From an uncultured Acidimicrobiaceae bacterium (GTDB taxonomy: Bacteria > Actinomycetota > Acidimicrobiia > Acidimicrobiales > Bog-793), in assembly GCA_963785415.1 (NCBI GenBank), contig CAWAVB010000001.1, forward strand, positions 1,821,125 to 1,885,124: DNA of 64,000 nt, in the 5' to 3' direction. The notes under the pieces were generated by a model that searched no databases, was not told the origin of the DNA, and was given only the letters and a program-made list of their open reading frames with translations. Shown one piece after another: positions 19,578-29,056 of this stretch (position 1 is its first letter; each line of letters starts with the position of its first letter). Both the position numbers and the translations under genes were made by a program.

Positions 19578-21649
19578 TGCGCTGGCGGCAGTCTTCGCGC
19601 CCCAACAGGCGGCGTCGAGCGGCGCGTTGGGACGGCACGGTCCGCCCGACCAACGCCTTCGGCCCGCCCCCGCCGCCGCCGAAATCCGTCCGGCGCACGA
19701 GGAGGAAGAAGCCCGACCGGGCGGGCGGCCCGCCAGCCGATCGCCAGGGGCCGCGGGTCGGCGTCCGGCTCTCGATCGCCGCGGTCGTGATCGTCGGGAT
19801 GTTCGGGACGCTCCTCGTCCGGCTCTGGTCGCTCCAGGTCCTCCAGGGGCGCAAGCTCGGGAGCGCGGCCGTCGAGACGACGACGCGCAACGTCGTCACC
19901 CCGGCGCCGCGGGGCGAGATCCTCGCCCGCGGGGGCCAGGCGCTCGCCAAGGACACCGCCGAGTGGGTCGTGACCCTGGAGACGACCCCCGGCCTCAACG
20001 GGGCCCGGATCGCCGACCCGGCGGTGAAGCGCCGGCTCGTCGTGCTCATCCCCGGGCTCTCGGTGAAGGGGATCGACGCCGACCTGGCGAGCAACCAGTT
20101 CAGCCCCTACCAGCCGGTCCCGGTGGCGTTCAACGTCTCGCCCGAAGCCGTCCTCTACATCAAAGAGCACCCGTCGCAGTTCCCCGGCGTCGTCGCCCAG
20201 CAGGAGTCGGTGCGCGACTACCCCTACGTCGGCCTCGCGACCCAGACGATCGGCTACGTCCGCCAGATCACCGCCGCTGAGCTCACCCAGTACAAGCGCT
20301 ACGGCTACCAGGAGAACGAGATCGTCGGGCAGGCCGGCCTCGAGGAGGAGTACGAGCTCTTCCTGCAGGGCAAGCCCGGCATCGTGACCGAGGCCGTCGA
20401 TCCTTCGGGCCAGGTCGTGCGGACCGTCTCGACGCAGGCGGCGACGCCCGGCGACTCGATCAAGCTGAACCTCGACCTCGGTCTGGAAAAGGAGGTCAGC
20501 ACGGCGCTCGCCAACGAGATCACCGCCGTGCGCGCCACCGGCAAGGCGGCGCCGCTCGGCGCGGCCGTCGTTCTTGACACCCGCAACGGCCAGGTCCTCG
20601 CGATGGACTCCTACCCGAGCTACGACGACAACTGGTGGGAGACCGGGATGACGGACGCCCGCTACGCGCTCCTCAAAGCGGGGAACGGGTACCCGCTCAA
20701 CAACTGGGCTGTCCAGGGCTTCCAGCCCCCGGGGTCGACGTTCAAGCTCGTGACGGCGACCGCGGCCCTCAACACCGGGCTCATCACGCCGTACTCGATC
20801 ATCGACGACACCGGCACCTATCCCCTCCCGGGTAGCGCGCCGCTCCACGACGCCGACAACGTGCCGCTCGGCGACGTGAACGTGGTGACCGCGCTCACCC
20901 GGTCGAGCGACGTCTTTTTCTACACGCTCGGTGGTCGTTTCTGGGAGGACCGCGACGCCTACGGGATGACGCCCATCCAGAACGAGGCCCATCTCTACGG
21001 GCTCGGGGTGCCCTCGGGGATCGACCTGCCGGCCAGCGAGGTGCAGAACGGCTGGGTCGACAGCCCCCAGACCCGCAAGCTCCTCCACGAGCAGTTCCCG
21101 AAGGTCTACGCCGACACCTGGTACCTCGGTGACAACGTCGAGATGGCCTTCGGACAGGGCGAGACCGTCGTCACGCCGATCCAGCTCGCGACGGCGTACG
21201 CGACGTTCGCCAACGGCGGCACCCGCTACGCGCCCGAGCTCGCCGCCTCGGTCATCTCGCCCGCGGGCAAGGTCGTGAAGCGCTTCGCGCCCAAGGTCCT
21301 CGACCATGTCACGATGTCGGCGGAGACCCGCCAGGCGATCCTCACGGGGCTCGAGGGTGTCGTGCAGAACCCGCTCGGCACCGCGTACGCCGACTTCGTC
21401 GGGTTCAACTTCTCGAAATGGAACCTCGCCGGCAAGACGGGGACGGCGACGGTGACGGTGAATGACGTCATCCAGCCGACGTCGTGGTTCGTCTCCTTCG
21501 GCGGGCCGCGGGGCCAGGCGCCGCGCTACGTCGTCTGCGTCGAGATCAACCAGGCGGGCTTCGGCGCCTCGGCGGCAGCGCCCGTCGTCCGGCAGATCTA
21601 CAACTACCTGTACGCCCACGGGATCGGCAGGTCCCAGGCAGGCAAGTGA
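19577..21649 (+). CDS. mrdA: penicillin-binding protein 2 (elongation transpeptidase)
   Basis: TM IAAVVIVGMFGTLLVRLW and transpeptidase boxes STFK, SSD and KTGTA. The start is uncertain: GTG 19577 sits at the mreD stop and would give a ~70-aa basic/Pro-rich cytoplasmic tail. The upstream 268 codons of ORF 18773..21649 overlap mreC/mreD and are rejected. Confidence 0.88.
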   Translation: MRWRQSSRPNRRRRAARWDGTVRPTNAFGPPPPPPKSVRRTRRKKPDRAGGPPADRQGPRVGVRLSIAAVVIVGMFGTLLVRLWSLQVLQGRKLGSAAVETTTRNVVTPAPRGEILARGGQALAKDTAEWVVTLETTPGLNGARIADPAVKRRLVVLIPGLSVKGIDADLASNQFSPYQPVPVAFNVSPEAVLYIKEHPSQFPGVVAQQESVRDYPYVGLATQTIGYVRQITAAELTQYKRYGYQENEIVGQAGLEEEYELFLQGKPGIVTEAVDPSGQVVRTVSTQAATPGDSIKLNLDLGLEKEVSTALANEITAVRATGKAAPLGAAVVLDTRNGQVLAMDSYPSYDDNWWETGMTDARYALLKAGNGYPLNNWAVQGFQPPGSTFKLVTATAALNTGLITPYSIIDDTGTYPLPGSAPLHDADNVPLGDVNVVTALTRSSDVFFYTLGGRFWEDRDAYGMTPIQNEAHLYGLGVPSGIDLPASEVQNGWVDSPQTRKLLHEQFPKVYADTWYLGDNVEMAFGQGETVVTPIQLATAYATFANGGTRYAPELAASVISPAGKVVKRFAPKVLDHVTMSAETRQAILTGLEGVVQNPLGTAYADFVGFNFSKWNLAGKTGTATVTVNDVIQPTSWFVSFGGPRGQAPRYVVCVEINQAGFGASAAAPVVRQIYNYLYAHGIGRSQAGK

Positions 21650-22001
21650 CCCGTTCCCGCATGTTCATCTGATTGCAACGGTCGACGGCCCGGGGCGCGG
21701 GGGGCCCTGGGTTAGACTGAGCCCAGGATGATCACACCGCAAGCAGGGAAAACGCGCCAGCGACCACTGCGCGTGCCGGAAGCGGCCGTGTCCGTCACCC
21801 GTTGCGCGTGCGGGGCCGGGGGGCCCTGCGCCGTGCAAGCACTCGCCGCTGCCCGGGCGGGAATGTCGGTGCCCGCTTCCCGCGGCGGCAGAACAGATCG
21901 ATGTGGCCCCATCGCGGCACGGCGCGGCGGAAGTTTCGCCTGTGCGCGCGCGGTGGATCCCGCGCACCTTCGCGGTGCGCGTCCTAGAAGGGATCTTTCG
22001 C
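21650..22001 (+). promoter_or_regulatory. long GC-rich leader / promoter region upstream of rne
   Basis: A 352-nt non-coding gap contains several inverted repeats, e.g. gcgcgcggtggatcccgcgcacc...ggtgcgcg. The regulatory role is inferred only by analogy to E. coli rne 5'-UTR autoregulation. Confidence 0.3.
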
Positions 22002-23702
22002 ATGTCCGACCCGACCACCGGTGCCATCGGCACCGGGGAGCCGCGACGCCCGGTTGGCTCCGCGGCGTCCCGTGCGGCGCTAGACACCTCGGGCGCCGCC
22101 CGCAGGGCTGAGGCGCCGCCGAAGCCGAAGATCGGCGACACCCGGCCGGCACCGCCGGTCCGGGGGGCGACCCCCGGGTCCAACGGGGCCGGTCCCCCGA
22201 AGCCGCGTCGGCGCCGCCGCGGCGGCCGCGGGCGCGGCGGGCGGCCACACGCTGCGAAGCCCGAGGCCGAGCTCGAGGCCGTGCCGGCTGCAAGCCGGCC
22301 GGTGCGGGCGAGCGGACGGCCCGCGGCCCGCCCGGCCCGTGCCGAACCGATCGGCCGGGAGCCGGACGACGCCGGAGAGGCGGGCCGGACGGCGACGGGC
22401 CGGCGTCGGGGCCGGGAACGCAAGGGCCGGCCGGTCGGGCGCTACCTCATGTGCGTGCACGTCGCCCAGGACGCGACCCAGATCGCCGTGCTCGAGGGCC
22501 GCTCGCTCATCGAGCACCACGTCGCCCGGGCCCTCGACGACGCCAACCAGATCGACGGCAACATCTACCGCGGCCGGGTGAAGAACGTCCTGCCGGGGAT
22601 GGAGGCCGCGTTCGTCGACATCGGCACGCCGAAGAACGCCGTCCTGTACTGGGGCGACGTCCAGACCGACCGTGACGAAGGGATCGAGCGCGATCCCGGC
22701 ACGACCCGGATCGAGCACCTTTTGCGGCCCGGCCAGACGATCATCTGCCAGGTCACGAAGAACCCGATCGGCGTGAAGGGCGCGCGTCTCACCCAGGAGG
22801 TCTCGATTCCGGGCCGCTTCGTCGTTCTCGTACCGGAGTCGAGCGCCAGCGGCATCTCGAAGCGACTCGACGACCGCGAGCGCAAGCGCCTGCGCAAGGT
22901 GCTCGAGGGGATCCGGCCCGACGGTCACGGGATCATCGTCCGGACGGCCGCCGAGGGCGCGAGCGCCGAGGAGCTGCGCCGGGACATCGCGCAGCTCGTG
23001 AAGATCTGGGACGAGATCGCCGACAAGGCGAAGCACCTCCCCGCTCCGGCGCTTTTGTACTCGGAGCCGCACATCGCCCTGCGCGTGATCCGGGAGGAGT
23101 TCACCGAGGAGTACCGCGGGGTCATCGTCGACGACCCGGACCTTTACGAGCTCGTCCACTCCTACGTCGCCGAGATCGACCCGGCGCTCGCCGACCGTGT
23201 CGAGTACTACGACACGCAAAGCGAGGACCTGCCGCTTTTCGAGCGCCAGCACATCCACGAGCAGCTGCACAAGGCGCTCAACCACAAGGTCTGGCTCGTC
23301 TCCGGCGGGTCGCTCATCATCGAGCGCACCGAGGCGCTGACGGTGATCGACGTGAACACCGGCAAGAACGTCGGCTCGTCGAGCCTCGAGGAGACGGTGT
23401 TCCGCAACAACGTCGAAGCGGCCGAGGAGATCGCCCGCCAGCTGCGCCTGCGGGACATCGGCGGGATCATCGTCATCGACTTCATCGACATGGAGCTGAA
23501 GGCGAATCGCGCCGAGGTCGTGGCGACGTTGCGGAACGCGCTGTCGCGGGACAAGACCCCGACCCAGGTGTTTGAGATCTCCGAGCTCGGGCTCGTCGAG
23601 ATGACCCGCAAACGCGTCGGCGAAGGTCTCCTCGAGGCGCTCAGCGAGACCTGCCCGATGTGCAAAGGCCGCGGGATCATCTTTTCGGAGGACGAGGACT
23701 GA
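22002..23702 (+). CDS. rne: ribonuclease E/G family endoribonuclease with an Arg/Pro-rich N-terminal region
   Basis: S1 domain GNIYRGRVKNVLPGMEAAFVDIG, a catalytic core, and the Zn-link CPMCKGRG at the C-terminus. ATG 22002 is preceded by gaaggga; the ORF-track start at 21903 is also possible. Confidence 0.9.
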   Translation: MSDPTTGAIGTGEPRRPVGSAASRAALDTSGAARRAEAPPKPKIGDTRPAPPVRGATPGSNGAGPPKPRRRRRGGRGRGGRPHAAKPEAELEAVPAASRPVRASGRPAARPARAEPIGREPDDAGEAGRTATGRRRGRERKGRPVGRYLMCVHVAQDATQIAVLEGRSLIEHHVARALDDANQIDGNIYRGRVKNVLPGMEAAFVDIGTPKNAVLYWGDVQTDRDEGIERDPGTTRIEHLLRPGQTIICQVTKNPIGVKGARLTQEVSIPGRFVVLVPESSASGISKRLDDRERKRLRKVLEGIRPDGHGIIVRTAAEGASAEELRRDIAQLVKIWDEIADKAKHLPAPALLYSEPHIALRVIREEFTEEYRGVIVDDPDLYELVHSYVAEIDPALADRVEYYDTQSEDLPLFERQHIHEQLHKALNHKVWLVSGGSLIIERTEALTVIDVNTGKNVGSSSLEETVFRNNVEAAEEIARQLRLRDIGGIIVIDFIDMELKANRAEVVATLRNALSRDKTPTQVFEISELGLVEMTRKRVGEGLLEALSETCPMCKGRGIIFSEDED

Positions 23703-23781
23703 ACCCGCCCCCGGACCCGCCTTGCGACGAACACCGAGGTCGGTCGGGGGACCCCCGCCCGATTGCTACGATGGCGGCCTC

Positions 23782-24135
23782 ATGTACGCAGTGATCGCAT
23801 CTGGCGGAAAACAAGAACGCGTCGAGGTCGGAACCCGTGTCGAGGTCGAGCTCGTCGGCGACGAGGACGACGTCGTCTCGTTCTCGCCGGTCCTCCTCGT
23901 CGACGGCACGACCGTCGTCGCCGGGCGCGGCGCGCTCGCCTCGGCGAAGGTCGCCGGTCGCGTGGTCGGCCGGTCGAAGGGCCCGAAGATCGTCGGCTTC
24001 ACCTACCAGCCGAAGGCCCGGGGCCGGCGGCGTTTCGGTCACCGCCAGCACTACTCGGTCGTCGAGATCACCGCGATCGAGCCGGGTGGGAAGTCGCCCG
24101 CCCGCACGACGCCGAAGAAGTCGCAGGAGGCCTGA
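23782..24135 (+). CDS. rplU: 50S ribosomal protein L21
   Basis: MYAVIASGGKQERVEVG...KIVGFTYQPKARGRRRFGHRQHYS. Confidence 0.95.
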   Translation: MYAVIASGGKQERVEVGTRVEVELVGDEDDVVSFSPVLLVDGTTVVAGRGALASAKVAGRVVGRSKGPKIVGFTYQPKARGRRRFGHRQHYSVVEITAIEPGGKSPARTTPKKSQEA

Positions 24136-24393
24136 GTGTCCAAGACCAAAGGTGGCGGGTCGACCCGCAACGGCCGGGATTCCAATGCCCAGCGGCTCGG
24201 TGTGAAGGCCTCGGACGGTTGTGTCGTCACCGCCGGTGCGATCATCGTGCGCCAGCGGGGCACGCACTTCCACGCCGGGGCGAACGTCGGGCGCGGCGGC
24301 GACGACACCCTGTTCGCCCGGGCGAGCGGCACGGTCCGCTTCGCCGAGCGGCGCGGCCGGCGACTCGTCGACGTCGAGACCGGCGAGGCGTGA
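24136..24393 (+). CDS. rpmA: 50S ribosomal protein L27
   Basis: [23 protein letters not shown]...[15 protein letters not shown]. Confidence 0.96.
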   Translation: MSKTKGGGSTRNGRDSNAQRLGVKASDGCVVTAGAIIVRQRGTHFHAGANVGRGGDDTLFARASGTVRFAERRGRRLVDVETGEA

Positions 24394-24425
24394 GCCGCAC
24401 CTCGTAGCGGGTCGCCTCGACCTGT

Positions 24426-24457
24426 GGCGCACTCCTCCCGAGCCGGTGGAGTGCGCC
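24426..24457 (+). terminator. stem-loop between rpmA and obg
   Basis: ggcgcactcc (24426..24435) pairs perfectly with ggagtgcgcc (24448..24457), and the loop can pair further (ccg/cgg). No U-tract follows, so the function (attenuator or processing site) is uncertain. Confidence 0.35.
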
Positions 24458-24476
24458 CCCTGAGAAAGGCACCGAC

Positions 24477-25760
24477 ATGGCCGGCTTCGTCGACGAGGCC
24501 CAGGTCCACGTGAGGGCGGGAGACGGCGGGGCTGGCGCCGTGTCGTTCCGTCGTGAGGCGCACGTGTCGCGCGGCGGGCCCGACGGGGGCGACGGCGGCC
24601 GGGGCGGCGACGTCTACCTCGAGGCGACGCCCGCGCTCGCCTCGCTCCTCGCCTTCCGGGATCATCCGCACCGGCGCGCCGAGAGCGGCGCCCACGGGGG
24701 TGGGGCTCGCCGCCACGGGCGGGCCGGGCGGGACCTCGTCGTCCCCGTTCCGGTCGGGACCGTCGTGCGCGGGACCGGTGGCGAGATCCTCGCCGACCTC
24801 ACCTCGCCGGGCGACCGCCTGCGGGCCGCCGAGGGCGGGCGCGGCGGGGCCGGCAACGCCCGGTTCCTCACGAACCGCCTGCGGGCGCCGGCCTTCGGCG
24901 AGCAGGGCGAGGTTGGCGAGGAGCGCTGGCTCGACCTCGAGCTGAAGCTCGTCGCCGACGTGGCCCTCGTCGGCTTCCCGAACTGCGGCAAGTCGACGCT
25001 CATCGCCCGGATCTCGGCCGCGAGGCCCAAGATCGCCGACTACCCGTTCACGACGCTCGAGCCGCACCTCGGCGTCGTCCGCCTGGCGGGCGGTGCCGGC
25101 GCCGCGGCGCGGGGCGCGACGGAGTTCGTCGTCGCCGACGTCCCGGGCCTCGTCGAGGGCGCGAGCGAGGGGCGGGGCCTCGGTCACCGCTTCCTGCGCC
25201 ACGTCGAGCGGACGCGCGCCCTTGTCGTGATGGTCGATCTTTCGCCGAGTGAGGGGCGCGCGCCCGCCGACCAGGCCCGCGTGCTCGCCGACGAGCTCGG
25301 TCGCTTCAGCCCGGACCTCGTCGCCCGCCCGCGGGTGATCATCGGCTCGCGGGCGGACATGGTGCCGGGGCCGGCGCGACCCCGTCTTGGGGACTACGGG
25401 GGCGAGCTTGAGATCTCGTCGGTCACCGGCGAGGGTATCGCCGAGCTCGTCGGCCGCCTCGGCGTCCTCGTCGAGGACGCCCGCCGGGACGCCGGGTCCG
25501 CCGTGGCGGCACCCGTCGAGCACCGCCCGGTGCCCGAGGGCGTCGTCGTCCGGCGCGAGGGCGCCGGGTTCGTCGTTCGCGGCCGCGCCGCCGAGCGCGC
25601 CGTCGGCCTGTCGGACCTCACCGACCCCGACGCGGCGGCGCTCGTCCAGCGCCGCCTCCGGCGACTCGGCGTCGACCGGGCGCTCGCCCGCGCCGGCGCC
25701 CGACCGGGAGACGACGTCCGGATCGGCAAGCTCACATTCACCTACAGCGAGGACACGTGA
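24477..25760 (+). CDS. obg: GTPase Obg/CgtA
   Basis: Obg fold FVDEA.V.V.AGDGG.G and GGDGGRGG; G1 GFPNCGKST; DVPGLVEGAS; plus a C-terminal extension domain. Confidence 0.95.
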   Translation: MAGFVDEAQVHVRAGDGGAGAVSFRREAHVSRGGPDGGDGGRGGDVYLEATPALASLLAFRDHPHRRAESGAHGGGARRHGRAGRDLVVPVPVGTVVRGTGGEILADLTSPGDRLRAAEGGRGGAGNARFLTNRLRAPAFGEQGEVGEERWLDLELKLVADVALVGFPNCGKSTLIARISAARPKIADYPFTTLEPHLGVVRLAGGAGAAARGATEFVVADVPGLVEGASEGRGLGHRFLRHVERTRALVVMVDLSPSEGRAPADQARVLADELGRFSPDLVARPRVIIGSRADMVPGPARPRLGDYGGELEISSVTGEGIAELVGRLGVLVEDARRDAGSAVAAPVEHRPVPEGVVVRREGAGFVVRGRAAERAVGLSDLTDPDAAALVQRRLRRLGVDRALARAGARPGDDVRIGKLTFTYSEDT

Positions 25761-25818
25761 TGCGCCGATCGCACGGGGGATGCATCCCGGTCGGGACGGA
25801 TGGACGAGGGGCCGGGCG

Positions 25819-26964
25819 ATGACGGTCGTCGTGAAGATCGGGTCGACGTCGGTGACGGCCGCGGACGGCCGCGTCGACGTCGCTGCCGTCGAGAAGCTCG
25901 CCCGGGAGATCGGCACCCTGTGGCGGTCCGGCCGCCCGGCCGTCGTCGTCACCTCGGGGGCGGTGAGCGCCGGCGTTGCCGCGGTGGAGCCGCCCGCCGG
26001 CCGCCCGGCGGACACGACGACCCTCCAGGCGCTCTCGACGATCGGCCAGCACCGGCTGATGCGCGTCTACGACGACGCCTTCGCCGCCGAGCACCTCTTG
26101 GTCGCCCAGGTGCTGCTCTCGTTGCCGGACTTCGGGGCGCGTCACCAGTACCTGCACGCCCGTGAGACGATCAACCGGCTCATCGAGCTCGGGGCGGTGC
26201 CGGTCATCAACGAGAACGACGCCGTCGCCGACGACGAGATCCGCTGCGGCGACAACGACCGCCTCGCCGCGCTCGTCGCCAACCTCGTCGGCGCCGAGTG
26301 CCTCGTCCTGCTCACCGACACGGAGGGCCTGTTCGACGCCGACCCGAGGCGGTTCGCTGACGCGACGCTCGTCGAGCAGGTCGTCGCCGTCGACGCCGCC
26401 TTCGACGCGGTCGCCGGTGGCGCGGGTTCCCCCGCCGGCAGCGGGGGCATGGCGACGAAGCTGGCCGCCGCCCGCGTCGCGGCGTGGTGCGGCGTGCGCG
26501 CCGTGATCGCCGCCGCCTCCCGTCCCGACGTCGTTGTCGACGCGGTCGCCGGGTCAGCCGGGGTCGGCACGACGATCCTGCCCCGCGACGAACGGCTCCC
26601 GGCCCGCAAGGCGTGGATCGCCTTCGCGCTCCCGGCGGTCGGCCGGGTCGTCGTCGACGACGGTTGCCGCCGCGCCCTCGTTGAGCACGAGGCGAGCCTG
26701 CTCCCCGCGGGCGTCGTCGAGATCGCCACGCCGTTCGGGAGCGACGACCCGATCGAGATCGTCGCGGCGGACGGCGCGGTCATCGCCAAGGGGATCGCCC
26801 GGCGCCCGTCGGACCGCGCCGGCGAGTGGATCGGCCGCCGCTCGGCTGACCTGCCGCCGGACCTCGCGGGTGAGCTCGTCCACCGTGACGACCTCGTCGT
26901 GCTCACCGGGGTGGCCTCGTCCCGGAGAGGCTCGCGTTCGCCGCGTCGGGCCGCGCCCCGGTAG
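25819..26964 (+). CDS. proB: glutamate 5-kinase (with PUA domain)
   Basis: VVVKIGSTSVT, VVVTSGAV and INENDAV are present, with a C-terminal PUA-like segment (VVVDDG...LLPAGVVE). The start ATG 25819 is in frame; the upstream part of ORF 25387.. overlaps obg. Confidence 0.92.
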   Translation: MTVVVKIGSTSVTAADGRVDVAAVEKLAREIGTLWRSGRPAVVVTSGAVSAGVAAVEPPAGRPADTTTLQALSTIGQHRLMRVYDDAFAAEHLLVAQVLLSLPDFGARHQYLHARETINRLIELGAVPVINENDAVADDEIRCGDNDRLAALVANLVGAECLVLLTDTEGLFDADPRRFADATLVEQVVAVDAAFDAVAGGAGSPAGSGGMATKLAAARVAAWCGVRAVIAAASRPDVVVDAVAGSAGVGTTILPRDERLPARKAWIAFALPAVGRVVVDDGCRRALVEHEASLLPAGVVEIATPFGSDDPIEIVAADGAVIAKGIARRPSDRAGEWIGRRSADLPPDLAGELVHRDDLVVLTGVASSRRGSRSPRRAAPR

Positions 26965-26972
26965 CCTTCGCC

Positions 26973-28220
26973 ATGGCCCCGGAACCGCTCGCAGCACTCG
27001 GCCGGCGCGCTAAGGCCGCGGCCCGGAACCTCGCCACCGCGACGACGAGCCAGAAGAACGACGCCCTCGATTACGCCGCCGAGGCGCTGATCGGCGCGTC
27101 CGGCGAGGTCCTCGCGGCGAACGCCCACGACGTCGCCCGGGCCGAGACGGCCGGCGGGACGGAGGCGATCGTCGACCGGCTCCGCCTGAGCGAGGCGCGT
27201 CTCGACGAGATGGCCGGCGGCCTGCGAGCGGTCGCCGCGCTCGCCGACCCCGTCGGTGAGGTCGTCGAGGGTTGGACCCTCCCGAACGGGCTCGCCGTCC
27301 GGCGGGTGCGCGTGCCGCTCGGCGTCGTCGGCATCGTCTACGAGAACCGGCCGAACGTGACCTCGGACGCGGCGGGGCTCTGCGTGAAATCAGGGAACGC
27401 GGCCTTGCTGCGCGGCTCGGCGGGCGCGATCGCATCCAACGTGGCGATCGCGGGGGCCCTGCGATCCGGGATCGCCAAGGCGGGTCTGCCCGCCGACTGC
27501 GTCCTGCTCGTCGAGGACACCCGGCGCGAGACGGTCGCCGAGTTCGTCAGGCTGCGCGGCGTGATCGACTGCCTCGTGCCCCGTGGCGGACCGGCGCTCG
27601 TCGCGCTCGTCGTCGATCAGGCGACGGTGCCGTACGTCATCGACGGCGACGGGAACTGTCATGTCTACGTCGACGCCTCGGCCGACCTCGACGTCGCCGA
27701 GCGGATCGTCGTCAACGCGAAGACCCAGCGTCCGAGCGTGTGCAACGCGATGGAGACCCTGATCGTCCACCGCGCGATCGCGCCCACCGTGCTGCCTCGG
27801 CTCGCCCGGGCCCTCGAGGGCGTCGAGCTCGTCGGGGACGAGGCGGCCCGCGCCGTCCTGCCCGGGATCGGCGTCGCGACCGACGAGGACTTCGCGACGG
27901 AGTTCCTCCGCCTGAAGCTCGCCATCGCCGTCGTCGACGACCTCGACGGCGCGCTCGAGCACATCGCCCGCTACTCGACCGGGCATTCCGAGGCGATCGT
28001 GACGCGCGACTACGAAGCCGCCCGGCGATTCACCCGGGAGGTCGACGCCGCGGCGGTGCTCGTCAACGCCTCGACCCGCTTCGTCGACGGTGGCGAGCTC
28101 GGGCTCGGCGCCGAGATCGGGATCTCGACCCAGAAGCTGCACGCCCGCGGCCCGATGGGGTTGCGCGAGCTCACCTCGGTGAAGTTCGTGATCGAGGGCG
28201 ACGGCCAGGTCCGCGCGTAG
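26973..28220 (+). CDS. proA: gamma-glutamyl phosphate reductase
   Basis: VIYENRPNVT, catalytic Cys in PSVCNAMETL, and NASTRF.DG. Confidence 0.95.
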   Translation: MAPEPLAALGRRAKAAARNLATATTSQKNDALDYAAEALIGASGEVLAANAHDVARAETAGGTEAIVDRLRLSEARLDEMAGGLRAVAALADPVGEVVEGWTLPNGLAVRRVRVPLGVVGIVYENRPNVTSDAAGLCVKSGNAALLRGSAGAIASNVAIAGALRSGIAKAGLPADCVLLVEDTRRETVAEFVRLRGVIDCLVPRGGPALVALVVDQATVPYVIDGDGNCHVYVDASADLDVAERIVVNAKTQRPSVCNAMETLIVHRAIAPTVLPRLARALEGVELVGDEAARAVLPGIGVATDEDFATEFLRLKLAIAVVDDLDGALEHIARYSTGHSEAIVTRDYEAARRFTREVDAAAVLVNASTRFVDGGELGLGAEIGISTQKLHARGPMGLRELTSVKFVIEGDGQVRA

Positions 28221-28291
28221 CGACCAGCGGATCCGAGGCGGCGGGCCGCCGTCGTTTCCGCCGCCATGCGGCGGCCAGTAGGGTGCGGAAG

Positions 28292-29056
28292 GTGAGCCAA
28301 CAAGCGGCATCCGAGGATCCCCTGGCGCGAGCCGACGGCCCGATCGCCGCCGGCACGCGGCTGGCGATCATCCGCCACGGCGAGGCATACGCCAACGTCG
28401 ACTCGGTTATCGGCGGGCACAAGGGCTGTCGAGGCCTCACGCCGCGCGGCGTCGCCCAGGTCGAGGTCCTCGCCGAACGGCTCGCTCGCACCGGCGAGCT
28501 CGCCGGGGCCGCGGCGATGTGGACGAGCGTCCTGCCCCGGGCGATCGAGTCGGCGGCCATCCTCGCTCCCACCCTCGGCGTGTCCGGTTTCGAGCGGAGC
28601 TGCTCGTTCTGCGAACGGCACCCGGGGGAGGCCGACGGGATGACCTGGGTGGACTACGAGGCTCGTTACCAGCGGCGCGGGCTGCCGGGCGACGACCCGG
28701 AGTTCCCGACTTCGCCGGGCGGGGAGAGCTGGATCGACTTCCTCGACCGCGCCGCGGGGGCGCTCACCTCGGTCGCCGTCCGCCACCCGGGCGGGCTCGT
28801 CGTTGTCGTCTCCCACGGAGGCGTGATCGACTCGTCAATGATCCGCTTCCTCGGTCTCGCCGAACACGGCAACCTCGTCCGGCTCCACCCGGGCAACACC
28901 TCGATCACCGAATGGCGTCACACCGGCTCACGTTGGCGTCTTGTGCGCTACAACGACGTCGCACACCTGGCGGGCCTCGCCCACATCACCTCGACGGAAC
29001 CGGAGTGGGTCGACGTCGAGCCGCCGGAGTGGGCCGGGACGAATCAGCAGCTGTAG
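28292..29056 (+). CDS. histidine phosphatase (phosphoglycerate-mutase-like) family protein
   Basis: LAIIRHGEA (RHG motif) and VVVSHGGVI. GTG 28292 is preceded by ggaagg. The upstream part of ORF 27272..29056 overlaps proA out of frame. Confidence 0.82.
   Translation: MSQQAASEDPLARADGPIAAGTRLAIIRHGEAYANVDSVIGGHKGCRGLTPRGVAQVEVLAERLARTGELAGAAAMWTSVLPRAIESAAILAPTLGVSGFERSCSFCERHPGEADGMTWVDYEARYQRRGLPGDDPEFPTSPGGESWIDFLDRAAGALTSVAVRHPGGLVVVVSHGGVIDSSMIRFLGLAEHGNLVRLHPGNTSITEWRHTGSRWRLVRYNDVAHLAGLAHITSTEPEWVDVEPPEWAGTNQQL

Noticed and set aside
19445-21619. 724-aa ORF antisense to PBP2, and 210/253-aa ORFs in the same area.
   Set aside because: These are antisense or out of frame relative to a gene with STFK/SSD/KTGTA boxes, and they contain no recognisable domains.
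24051-26015. 654-aa ORF antisense to rpmA/obg/proB.
   Set aside because: It spans three well-supported plus-strand genes. Its composition is Arg/Pro/Ala-rich without motifs.
27272-28291. Upstream 340 codons of ORF 27272..29056.
   Set aside because: This part is out of frame over proA and extremely Arg-rich. Only the last 254 codons, from GTG 28292 with an RBS, show the histidine-phosphatase RHG/SHG motifs.
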